Positions 34,701 through 41,722 of a stretch of 64,000 nt of DNA are shown here, piece by piece. The stretch lies in the NCBI GenBank assembly GCA_035627015.1, contig DASPMO010000154.1:3537-67536 (forward strand). Direction: 5' to 3'. The position numbers and the translations under genes are program-made. Position 1 is the first letter of the stretch. Every line of letters starts with the position of its first letter. Under the pieces are notes generated by a model. It was not told the DNA's origin. It searched no databases and was given only the letters and a program-made list of their open reading frames with translations. Source of the stretch: Thermoanaerobaculia bacterium. GTDB lineage: Bacteria; Acidobacteriota; Thermoanaerobaculia; Gp7-AA8.

Positions 34701-34885
34701 CCGACCGCGAGGCCATCGCCCGGATCATCAAGTACCGCAAGATCGGCGATCGCAAGCCCGAGCTGATCTTCAACTACCGCACGCCGCTCAACGACGTCTG
34801 GGAGGGACTGCAGGACCGCTACGGCTTCACGGCCCACTACCCGGCGGAGGAACCGGGACAGGTTGTGAGTTTGCTGCCGGAGTAG
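31730..34885 (+). CDS. CHAT protease - helical region - Gly/Pro linker - metallo-beta-lactamase-fold (ComEC-C-like) hydrolase fusion protein
   Basis: Track ORF 31586..34885 trimmed to ATG 31730, because the upstream part overlaps the terminator hairpin. CHAT dyad: YTHVHILTHGDL ... VVTVASCDSGN. Linker: PPVKPPSSGSAGGNGGGAPEPPPKPSGGKPGGG. MBL motifs: ITMLPAGHGDSLWIEY, VLVDCGT, LFILSHIDSDHIGG, FKVSHHASQNN. Confidence 0.8.
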   Translation: MEMSDDVQIRLVHVEFLRPGPPHNQLLSPLTQYLAISGDSGAGVVTVPYEQAEFSRRLKQLRYDSGDPEDRLAMLHSTGVEMSRILGAVPGLAGALTMDANHQGTLIQLRITLSASELAMLPFELAKAPVSATNTAENWLSIQTRPPVCVTRNIRTVSPEGVVWPDQPRILFISGNPGDVPYEQHRKALLKAIEPFQYPDEDDVVVTEEGREQGGRLLTILVDPTLARVLRECRENEYTHVHILTHGDLNEASPDSYGLVMRGEDGSPEVVSGDQFATALASVHHRPTVVTVASCDSGNVNQVAQPGASFAHALHQSGIPLVLASQFPLSKPGSVPLAATLYDGLLWGKNPLVLLRELRAELHTVYTSKWHDWASLVVYEALPQALNEQLEKLRYFQTKRAINATLERIDRAVKRALEERSVASLEKLHKEIESAVGRLPLKGPYSAECIGIRASARKRLAQAAFNTPESPRDAYDLLEQAYIDYKCAADSLLVISEGPAQRVATLHWLLVQLESLDMILGREGDDRRWTAAHLSAEMYRHHLDTEQRAWAHGSLAELFLVKLGKAGLNEEDREKHHQDVLQHIHELVKLYPLRTEFPVKSTRRQFERYADWWGSQQFEDGLKERGLTRRAPWDGQHGVTQVAKEVVKIMQRNLRPPVKPPSSGSAGGNGGGAPEPPPKPSGGKPGGGATLSRRARTKPFFDITMLPAGHGDSLWIEYGQNERDVHRVLVDCGTQQTARELLKRVAALPKREQFFDLFILSHIDSDHIGGALPFFKAVRDGLRFGDVWFNGWRHLSDRLSARQGEMFSTAIQDLELPWNVWMDGGAIVIGNGKLPTSTLPGGMKLTLLSPTPKQLQKLAPVWTRELKRYALTPGARMDYSQFLKGKPSTSTDLDELAETPFSSDPAAPNGSSIAVLAEYEGAVALLGADAHAPVLTESLGKLLPRGKTRLKIDAFKVSHHASQNNVSRELVSMLDCPRFLVSSNGAHFNHPDREAIARIIKYRKIGDRKPELIFNYRTPLNDVWEGLQDRYGFTAHYPAEEPGQVVSLLPE

Positions 34886-34944
34886 CGTGACCTCTCGGCT
34901 GCCCGCTGGCGCAGCGAGCTCGTCAGGGGTACCATTTCGCCATC

Positions 34945-35514
34945 ATGAAAAACCTATTCGCGGTGCTCCTGCTCGCCATGGCTCTGTCTGCCGCCGCCGC
35001 GGAGGAACCGAAGAAGCCGGCCGATTTCACGGGGCCGGCGACGATGTGCAACGGCACGTACGCCCTCTGCATCAAGGCGCCGTGCGAGAAGAAGCCGGAC
35101 GCGAATAATCTCTATCCGTGCGGCTGCGTCATCCAGACCGGCTGGAACATGGGACCGAACTCGTGCGACGACCGGCAGAAGAACCTCACCTCGACGTACT
35201 CGAACCTGTTCAACCTCGGCAGCGCCACGGTCAGCTGCCCGGCGTCGACGCAGTGGGCGTGGTGCTACGGCGCGAAGTGCGAGGTCGACCCGCGCGACCC
35301 GACGCGGGCCATCTGCAAGTGCCCGACGAGCACCAAGCCGACCGTGATCCTGGTGAGCCAGGCCATGTGCTCCGACCCGGGCAAGGTCTGCGGGATGCTC
35401 TGGTCGGGAGCGACGCCTGCCGAGAGCAAGTTCGCGAACGAGTATTACTACTGGTGGATGACCACGAACGGGCAACAGTCGAATCTGCCCTCGACGGCGT
35501 GCGCGTCGAACTAG
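34945..35514 (+). CDS. secreted cysteine-rich protein, function unknown
   Basis: Signal peptide: MKNLFAVLLLAMALSAAAA. The mature part has about 16 Cys (CNGTYALCIKAPCEKK...CGCV...CKCP). Confidence 0.65.
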   Translation: MKNLFAVLLLAMALSAAAAEEPKKPADFTGPATMCNGTYALCIKAPCEKKPDANNLYPCGCVIQTGWNMGPNSCDDRQKNLTSTYSNLFNLGSATVSCPASTQWAWCYGAKCEVDPRDPTRAICKCPTSTKPTVILVSQAMCSDPGKVCGMLWSGATPAESKFANEYYYWWMTTNGQQSNLPSTACASN

Positions 35515-35517
35515 CGA

Positions 35518-35873
35518 TTTCAGCGAGTTCGCTGAAATCGCAAGCGATTGCGCTTCGAAGTTAAGAGAACTCGCTGAAAAATCGTGACTGCGCGCTTGCG
35601 ATTTCAGCGAGTTCGCTTAAGTTTCAGCGAACTCGCTGAAATCGCCACTGAATTCGCGGACAAATTCAGCGAACTCGCTGAAAGTACCAGCGTGCATTGG
35701 CCACATTTTCAGCGAGTTCGCTGAAAATGCAGCGCGCCAAGCCTGCGTTTTCAGCGAGTTCGCTGAAAATATGGCGGATCACCGCTGCATTCGCGGCAGT
35801 CAACGTTCCATTTTCAGCAGTTACGCCGAGGTGGGCGGTGGCATCGGTATGATTTTCAGCGGACTCGCTGAAG
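35518..35873. repeat. array of about 9 copies of a 20-bp perfect palindrome TTTCAGCGA(G/A)(T/C)TCGCTGAAA (operator-, iteron- or centromere-like)
   Basis: Full copies start at 35518, 35602 (degenerate 3' end), 35622, 35664, 35707, 35749 and 35854. Right-half or degenerate copies start at 35560 and 35812. Start-to-start spacings are 42, 42, 20, 42, 43, 42, 63 and 42 bp. The last copy abuts the SD (AAGGAGGA) and ATG 35883 of the XRE gene. Confidence 0.85.
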
Positions 35874-35882
35874 GAGGAAGCG

Positions 35883-36245
35883 ATGAAGGTGCGTGAGTTT
35901 GGAGTGCGGCTGACGCAGTTTCGCGAGCGGCAGCACCTGTCGATGACCCAGCTCGCGAACCTCCTCGGCATCGACTACATGCAGATCTCGCGCTACGAGA
36001 AGGGGCAGAGCCTGCCGTCGCTCGAGACCGCGATGCGTCTCGCGAAGGTTCTCCAGGTCTCCCTCGACGAGCTCACCGGCAGCGAGCCTCCGCCGGGCCC
36101 GCCCGCGTTCACCAACACCCGCCTCTTCGAGCGCATGCGCCAGCTCGACCAGCTTCCCGCCCACCGACAGGAGCTCGCCCTGCGTGTCCTCGATACAGTC
36201 ATCTCGGGGCACGAGCTCGAAAGCCTGGCGGGACGGCTTCGATGA
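35883..36245 (+). CDS. XRE-family helix-turn-helix transcriptional regulator
   Basis: LTQFRERQHLSMTQLANLLGIDYMQISRYEKGQSLPSLETAMRLAKVLQVSLDEL is a typical HTH_3/XRE domain. A strong SD is present. The stop overlaps the next start (ATGA at 36242-36245). Confidence 0.85.
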   Translation: MKVREFGVRLTQFRERQHLSMTQLANLLGIDYMQISRYEKGQSLPSLETAMRLAKVLQVSLDELTGSEPPPGPPAFTNTRLFERMRQLDQLPAHRQELALRVLDTVISGHELESLAGRLR

Positions 36246-38284
36246 TCCACGTGAAGCGGCCCCCCGCGTCTCCGCACCTCGCCGCGGTACTTGAGCGTGC
36301 GGCGGCGCGGACCAATCAGGAATTCAAGAAGCACCGTGGGGCGCAGACGAGATTCGAGTTCTCGCGGAAGGAGTGGAGTGAGGCTGCGCTCCCTCTGTAC
36401 ACGATGTTCCACGGCAAGTGCGCGTATTGCGAGACGCCATTCGACAGGTGGGCGGGTGGAAACGTCGATCATTTCCGGCCGAAGCTGGGGGCGTGCGACC
36501 TCGAGGGCACGATCGATCCGAATCACTACTACTGGCTCGCCTACGATTGGTCGAATCTCTACATCGGTTGCGGCGAATGTGAGCTGAACAAGAAAACGTT
36601 CTTTCCCGTAGAAGGAAAGCGCGCACCCATTGATGGCTCGATCCGCGGTGAGCAGCCACTTCTGATCGACCCGTGCGGTGAGGACCCGAGGAAGCACCTT
36701 CGGTTCCTGAGTGACGGGTACGTCCGACACACTTCGATTCGTGGAAATGTGACGATCAAGCTGCTGGGCCTGAACCGCATGTCGCTGGTCGAGAAACGGA
36801 TGGCTGCGATCGAAGAAGCCGAGCTCAGGCTCCGGAACGGTGCCACCCCGGTAGAGCTGACCGCGCCGCACGTTCCGTATCTCGCCGCGATCATGGACAC
36901 CCTCCCCGTACGACACGCCGCGCGCCGGGTGGCGATGTCCGTGCAGGAACCGCTGGCAAAGAAACAGACGGCAGTCTCGAAAAAGCTGGCCGCCACCGCC
37001 ACCGCCTTCCGCACCGGCGGCTTCCTCAAACGCATCGTCCTCACCAACTTCCGCAGCATCCGGAGTCTCTCGCTGAACATCACTCCCTCGCAGGGGGAGG
37101 AGCAGGCGGGGTGGCTGATGCTCCTCGGGGAAAACGCGGCAGGCAAGTCGTCGATCCTGCAGGCCGTCGCTCTCGCGCTGGCTGGCGACGAGGGACTCGA
37201 GGGGTTCGAGCAGGAATCGTTCGACGCGATGATCCGCAACGGCACGAGCGCGGCGACGGTGATCGTCGAAACGTCGGCCGATCCGCCGCGCATCGAGCTG
37301 CAATTTCAGCGCGGCAAGCGCCCGCACTTCGTGCACGGCGGCGACGGATATCCGGGCCTGGTTCTCGGCTACGGCGCGACGCGCATCGCGGACGATAAAG
37401 CGAAGGTCAGCGGCAGCACGAGCGCGCGCCGCATCCTCAACCTCTTCGACCCGCGGGTGCGGCTGACGCCGGCCGAGGCGTGGCTGCTCGAGCTGTCGAA
37501 GAGCTCCAAGGCATTCAACGACGCGGCGAAGTCGCTCAAATCGCTGCTGCGGATCACCAACGTCAGGACGCCGCTCACCGTCCGCAACCGGCGCATCCGC
37601 ATCGACCACGGCAATGGTCCGGTCCTCGTCGAGCAGCTGAGCGCCGGGTATCACGCGATGCTCGGCCTCGGGATCGACATCATGCAGGCAGCGCCGGCGC
37701 AGATGACGGACAAACGCTACGCCTCCGGGATCGTCATCCTCGACGAGATCGACGCGCACCTGCATCCGCGCTGGAAGATGAACGTGGTCGGGTTGCTGCG
37801 CGACGCCTTTCCGATGATTCAGTTCATCGTGAGCACGCACGAGCCGCTCTGCCTGCGCGGCACGAAGCGCAAAGAAGTGGTGTTGATGCGGACGAACGAG
37901 AAGCGCGCCGTCGAAGCGGTGACCGACCTGCCGCCGCACGAGACCATGCGCGTCGACCAGTTGCTGACGTCGCCGCTGTTCGGCCTCCACACCACCCTCG
38001 ATCCCGAGGTGGAGAAGGAGTTTCGCGACTACTACGCGCTGCTGGCGAAGCCGACCCGGACGGCGAAGGACCGAAGGATCATCGCGGCGAAAAAAGAGCA
38101 GCTCTCGCGTCACGGAATCCTCGGTTACACGCGCCGCGATCAGCTCATCTACGAATGGATCGACGACTTTCTCGCACAGGAGCCGCTGCTCGACAGGGAA
38201 GGGCGTGCGAAATTGAAGGAGGAGACGAAGCAGAAGGTGCTGTCCCTCTGGCGGCGCGCCGCGTCCGCGGGGAGCCCGGCATGA
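36242..38284 (+). CDS. fusion of N-terminal HNH-type nuclease domain with ABC/SMC-like (AAA_15/21-type) ATPase (PtuA-like)
   Basis: HNH: GKCAYCETPF...NVDHFRPK...WSNLYIGCGECELNK. ATPase: IVLTNFRSIRSLSL, Walker A LMLLGENAAGKSSIL, Walker B GIVILDEIDAHLHPRW, and IQFIVSTHEP. Confidence 0.8.
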   Translation: MIHVKRPPASPHLAAVLERAAARTNQEFKKHRGAQTRFEFSRKEWSEAALPLYTMFHGKCAYCETPFDRWAGGNVDHFRPKLGACDLEGTIDPNHYYWLAYDWSNLYIGCGECELNKKTFFPVEGKRAPIDGSIRGEQPLLIDPCGEDPRKHLRFLSDGYVRHTSIRGNVTIKLLGLNRMSLVEKRMAAIEEAELRLRNGATPVELTAPHVPYLAAIMDTLPVRHAARRVAMSVQEPLAKKQTAVSKKLAATATAFRTGGFLKRIVLTNFRSIRSLSLNITPSQGEEQAGWLMLLGENAAGKSSILQAVALALAGDEGLEGFEQESFDAMIRNGTSAATVIVETSADPPRIELQFQRGKRPHFVHGGDGYPGLVLGYGATRIADDKAKVSGSTSARRILNLFDPRVRLTPAEAWLLELSKSSKAFNDAAKSLKSLLRITNVRTPLTVRNRRIRIDHGNGPVLVEQLSAGYHAMLGLGIDIMQAAPAQMTDKRYASGIVILDEIDAHLHPRWKMNVVGLLRDAFPMIQFIVSTHEPLCLRGTKRKEVVLMRTNEKRAVEAVTDLPPHETMRVDQLLTSPLFGLHTTLDPEVEKEFRDYYALLAKPTRTAKDRRIIAAKKEQLSRHGILGYTRRDQLIYEWIDDFLAQEPLLDREGRAKLKEETKQKVLSLWRRAASAGSPA

Positions 38285-39099
38285 TTCGCGTGAAGCGTGG
38301 TGACGCGCCGGCGTGCCTGCTCGATGACGGTGCCGCGGGACGCGAGCGCAGGAAAGCCGAGGAGCTCCGGAAGAAGCATCCGAAGAAGAGCTTCCCGTTC
38401 AAAGTGTACGCGTCCGAGGAGGTCAAGCTCGCGCTGGAGCGGCTGTTCCGCGGCAAATGCGCGTACTGCGAGACGCGGTATGCCGCGTCACAGCCGATGG
38501 ACGTGGAGCACTGGCGTCCGAAGTCGCAGTATCCGTGGGCCGCGTCGGACTGGGACAACCTCCTGCCGTCGTGCATCGACTGCAACCGGCAGCGGTATCA
38601 GTTGCTCGTCGACGAGAGGAAGAAAGTGCGCGCCGGGAAGGGCACGTTGTTTCCACTCGCCAAAGGATCGAAGCGGGCCACCTCGCGCGCCGCGATGGCG
38701 CGGGAAGTGCCGCTGCTCCTGCATCCCGCCAATGACGATCCCGACGAGCACCTGCGGTACACCGAGGAGGCGGTCGTGCGCGCGCGGCGGAACAGCGAAA
38801 AAGCGCCCGAGTCCATCCGCGTCTATGCGCTGAACCGCTCCGCCCTGGTCGACGAGCGGCTGCAACTGCTGCTCCTTCTCCGCCACCGGATGCACACCAT
38901 CGCAGTGCTGATCGATCTGCTCGACCGCTCGACCGGCAGGACAGCGGAACTGATCGAGGATCTGCTCATCCACGAAATGACGGAGCTGCACGCCTTCGCC
39001 CATCCGGCGCGGCCCTATTCGGCGATGGCGCGGCATTTCATCAAAGAGTTCGCGAAGACGATCGAGCACTCGCGCCTTACTAGCGATAGCATCAGATAA
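38281..39099 (+). CDS. stand-alone HNH endonuclease (PtuB/TIGR02646-like), paralogous to the N-terminus of the preceding protein
   Basis: Track ORF 37480..39099 trimmed to ATG 38281 (ATGA overlap). MIRVKRGDAPACL parallels MIHVKRPPASPHL of the previous gene. HNH: GKCAYCETRY...DVEHWRPKS...WDNLLPSCIDCNRQ. LLLHPANDDPDEHLRY parallels LLIDPCGEDPRKHLRF. Confidence 0.8.
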   Translation: MIRVKRGDAPACLLDDGAAGRERRKAEELRKKHPKKSFPFKVYASEEVKLALERLFRGKCAYCETRYAASQPMDVEHWRPKSQYPWAASDWDNLLPSCIDCNRQRYQLLVDERKKVRAGKGTLFPLAKGSKRATSRAAMAREVPLLLHPANDDPDEHLRYTEEAVVRARRNSEKAPESIRVYALNRSALVDERLQLLLLLRHRMHTIAVLIDLLDRSTGRTAELIEDLLIHEMTELHAFAHPARPYSAMARHFIKEFAKTIEHSRLTSDSIR

Positions 39100-39111
39100 G
39101 GAGCCAACCCG

Positions 39112-39342
39112 ATGCCGACCTCCACCATCACGAGCAAGGGACAAACGACCGTACCGAAGGAAGTGCGGGACGCGCTCGACATCGGCCCGGGCGACAAAAT
39201 TACATGGGAAGTGAACGGCGGCCGCGTTTCGGTCGCGACGGAGCGCCCCGCGTTCTGGCGATGGGAAGGCTTCATCAAGCACGGCCCCACCGACGTGGTG
39301 AAAGCCGTTCACGAAGCGCGGAAGCGAAGAGGGCGTATCTGA
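39112..39342 (+). CDS. vapB: AbrB/SpoVT-type antitoxin (VapB-like)
   Basis: MPTSTITSKGQTTVPKEVRDALDIGPGDKITWEV is the canonical SpoVT/AbrB swapped-hairpin motif. SD-like aaggag lies upstream. Confidence 0.8.
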   Translation: MPTSTITSKGQTTVPKEVRDALDIGPGDKITWEVNGGRVSVATERPAFWRWEGFIKHGPTDVVKAVHEARKRRGRI

Positions 39343-39343
39343 C

Positions 39344-39490
39344 GTGCAACGCGTCGTCGTCGATGCGAACGTCTTTCTCTCCACGGCGATCGTCGCCGTC
39401 GCCGCGAGCAAACGATACGACGCCATCGCCACCTTCGACCAGAAGCTCGGCAAACGCGCGAAAGACCTCGGCGTCGCCACATACTGGTAA
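39344..39490 (+). pseudogene. internally deleted PIN-domain (VapC-like) toxin remnant
   Basis: My translation from GTG 39344: VQRVVVDANVFLSTAIVAVAASKRYDAIATFDQKLGKRAKDLGVATYW*. It keeps the PIN N-terminal strand (VVDANV) and the C-terminal TFD..L motif. It is only 48 aa long, against about 130 aa for an intact PIN. Confidence 0.55.
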
Positions 39491-39496
39491 CTGCGC

Positions 39497-41722
39497 ATGG
39501 CTGTGCTCCCCACCACCCAAGAGCGATCTCGCCGCGAGCTCCTGCTCGCCCTGAGCTTCGCGCTCTGGGGGCTCTGCATCGCCATCGCCATGAGCTCCGT
39601 GCTGCGCAAGCCGGCGCCGCCCGATCAGGCCATGAGTGTGGCCACGCTCGCCAACATCGATGCCAAAGGCTCCATGCGGTGGATGTTCTGTCTCCTCCTC
39701 TTCCCGGTGCTCGTGCCGGCGGTCTTGCGGCCGGTGGCGCGGCGTTTGGCGGAGGGGGAGGCGTGGGCGCGGAACGTGGTGGTCGCAGCGCCGCTGGTCA
39801 CGTTGTGGCTGATCAGCGTGCAGCAGCGCGTGCCGTGGGCGATCGTGCCGTGCGGGATCGTCGTGCTGGCATGCCTGCTCTTGCGCAAGCGGGAGTTGCA
39901 GTTCACGCGGCGCGACTTCGTGCTCGTGCCGACGTTCCTGGCGGCGCTCCTCGCGCTGATCGACATCGGGACGACGCTCGCGGCGCACCAGCACGTCCTC
40001 CTCGCGGCCATGCTCGTGCTGGCGCTGCGCATCGGCGTCACGTTCATCCGCTCTCCGCTGCCGCCCGCGTTTGCGTTCGTCCTCGCGCCGCTGGGGCTGG
40101 TCCTGCAGACCGGGTTCTTCGCGCGGGACCAGCGCTACTTCGGGTGGCATGCGCTGGCGGTCGTCGTGGTCACGCCGTTCGTGCTGCGCCTCTTCCTGCG
40201 GCGGGAGCGGCTGGCCATGCGGCTCCTGACGCTGGTCGCGTTTCCGCTCGCGCTCTACGCATACGGCAACGCCACCAGCGCCTCCACGGCCTTCGGAAAA
40301 TCGCGCGTCAACTACTTCGAGGACGGGCACGCGCTCGTCCCCGCGTCGGAGTATCTGCGCGGCGAGCTCCCCTATCGCGACATCCTGCCGGGCCACGGAC
40401 TGATCGAGGACGGGCTGTTCGACTACTTCGTCTTCCGGACCGGCGAGGTCACGGTCGGGCGGACGCTGAAGGCGCGCGAGATCTTCGGACAGCTCAACAG
40501 CGTGGCGCTGTACGCGCTCGCCTTCGCGGCCACCGGCTCGGCGGAGGCGGCGTTCCTGACCGTCCTGTTGAGCATGATGACCGGCACCTTCACGCCGACC
40601 ATCCGGACGCTCGTCCCGGTCACGGCCCTCGCGTGCATGGTGGCGGGAGTGCGCACGCGCGGGCGCCACTGGTTCGCCTGGGCCGGCCTGGCCACGGTCC
40701 TCAGCGGCGCGATGAGTCTCGACTACGCGTTCTACACCTGCGGCGCGCTGGCGGTGGCGATGCTCCTGGCGGGACTCCGGCGCACGCTCGTGCCCGCGGC
40801 CCTCGGGATCGCCGCCGGGGTCGTGCCGCTGTTCGGGACCTTCGCCGCGCTGGGGATCCTCGACGACTTCCTCCGCGGCACGTTCGTCGAGACCCCCGCC
40901 GCGTCGACCGCGTACCGCCTCGGCTTCTTCCGCGCGCCGGCGGCGATGCAGCAGCATCCCTCCTTCCCCGAGGTGCTGACGGTGCTGCTCCAGCCGGACG
41001 TGTACCAGAACCTGGTCTGGCTGATCATCGTCGTGAGCCTCGGCGCGGCGCTGACGCGCCGCTGGCCGCGCACGGTCCAGCCGCTGCTCGTGCTCGCGTC
41101 GTGGGTGGCGCTGTCGGGGATCTCCTTCGCCTACCGCTTCAACCATTACTTCGGGATGATCGCCGTCGTGCTGCTGGCCGGGTGGATCTTCCGCCTGGTG
41201 CGGAAGCGGAGCCCGTGGGCGATCGCCGCGATCGCCGCGGCCATCATCCTGGCGCGGCCGTCGATGCACGCGGCGGTCGTGGGAGTGAACCGGGCCGCGC
41301 GCGGCACGCCGCCCGCCGACTGGGTGGAGATCCGCGACATCCCCCGCGCGCGCGGCGCGCTCTGGCACGTGCGCGACGCCACGGCCATCGCCGGCGTGCA
41401 GAAGTACCTCTCGCTCACCCTCGCACCGCACGAGACGTTCTTCAATTTCTCGGACACGGCCATCCTCCACTACGTGACGCGGCGGGACTGGCCCATCCGC
41501 GAATACGAGATGGCCTACCTCCAGTCCGAGGAGAAGCAGCGCGAGGTCATCCGCGTCATCGAATCCAACCCGCACATCCGCGCGCTGCTCATCCGCGAAG
41601 GAGATTTCTCCATCGACTTCATCCCCAACTCCCGGCGGGCGCCCCTCCTCCATCAGTACCTGCTCGACCATTTCGAGCCCGACTTCGAGGAGGGGCACGT
41701 CACGTTCTGGCGGCGGAAGTGA
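39497..41722 (+). CDS. polytopic integral membrane protein (GT-C-like glycosyltransferase possible; function unknown)
   Basis: 741-aa ORF with more than 12 hydrophobic helices across the first 560 aa or so, then a soluble C-terminal domain of about 170 aa. Two overlapping Arg/Pro-rich alternative-frame ORFs were rejected. Confidence 0.7.
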   Translation: MAVLPTTQERSRRELLLALSFALWGLCIAIAMSSVLRKPAPPDQAMSVATLANIDAKGSMRWMFCLLLFPVLVPAVLRPVARRLAEGEAWARNVVVAAPLVTLWLISVQQRVPWAIVPCGIVVLACLLLRKRELQFTRRDFVLVPTFLAALLALIDIGTTLAAHQHVLLAAMLVLALRIGVTFIRSPLPPAFAFVLAPLGLVLQTGFFARDQRYFGWHALAVVVVTPFVLRLFLRRERLAMRLLTLVAFPLALYAYGNATSASTAFGKSRVNYFEDGHALVPASEYLRGELPYRDILPGHGLIEDGLFDYFVFRTGEVTVGRTLKAREIFGQLNSVALYALAFAATGSAEAAFLTVLLSMMTGTFTPTIRTLVPVTALACMVAGVRTRGRHWFAWAGLATVLSGAMSLDYAFYTCGALAVAMLLAGLRRTLVPAALGIAAGVVPLFGTFAALGILDDFLRGTFVETPAASTAYRLGFFRAPAAMQQHPSFPEVLTVLLQPDVYQNLVWLIIVVSLGAALTRRWPRTVQPLLVLASWVALSGISFAYRFNHYFGMIAVVLLAGWIFRLVRKRSPWAIAAIAAAIILARPSMHAAVVGVNRAARGTPPADWVEIRDIPRARGALWHVRDATAIAGVQKYLSLTLAPHETFFNFSDTAILHYVTRRDWPIREYEMAYLQSEEKQREVIRVIESNPHIRALLIREGDFSIDFIPNSRRAPLLHQYLLDHFEPDFEEGHVTFWRRK

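Noticed and set aside
35518-35873. Possible CRISPR array.
   Set aside because: The repeats are only 20 bp and perfectly palindromic, the spacers are about 22 bp (one is 0 bp), the spacing is irregular at two points, and there are no cas genes in the window. I interpret it as a regulatory or REP-type array instead.
35666-35971. 101-aa minus-strand ORF with the repeated peptide FSELAEN.
   Set aside because: It is an artefact of translating the tandem palindromic DNA repeats. The periodic peptide simply mirrors the 20-bp palindrome.
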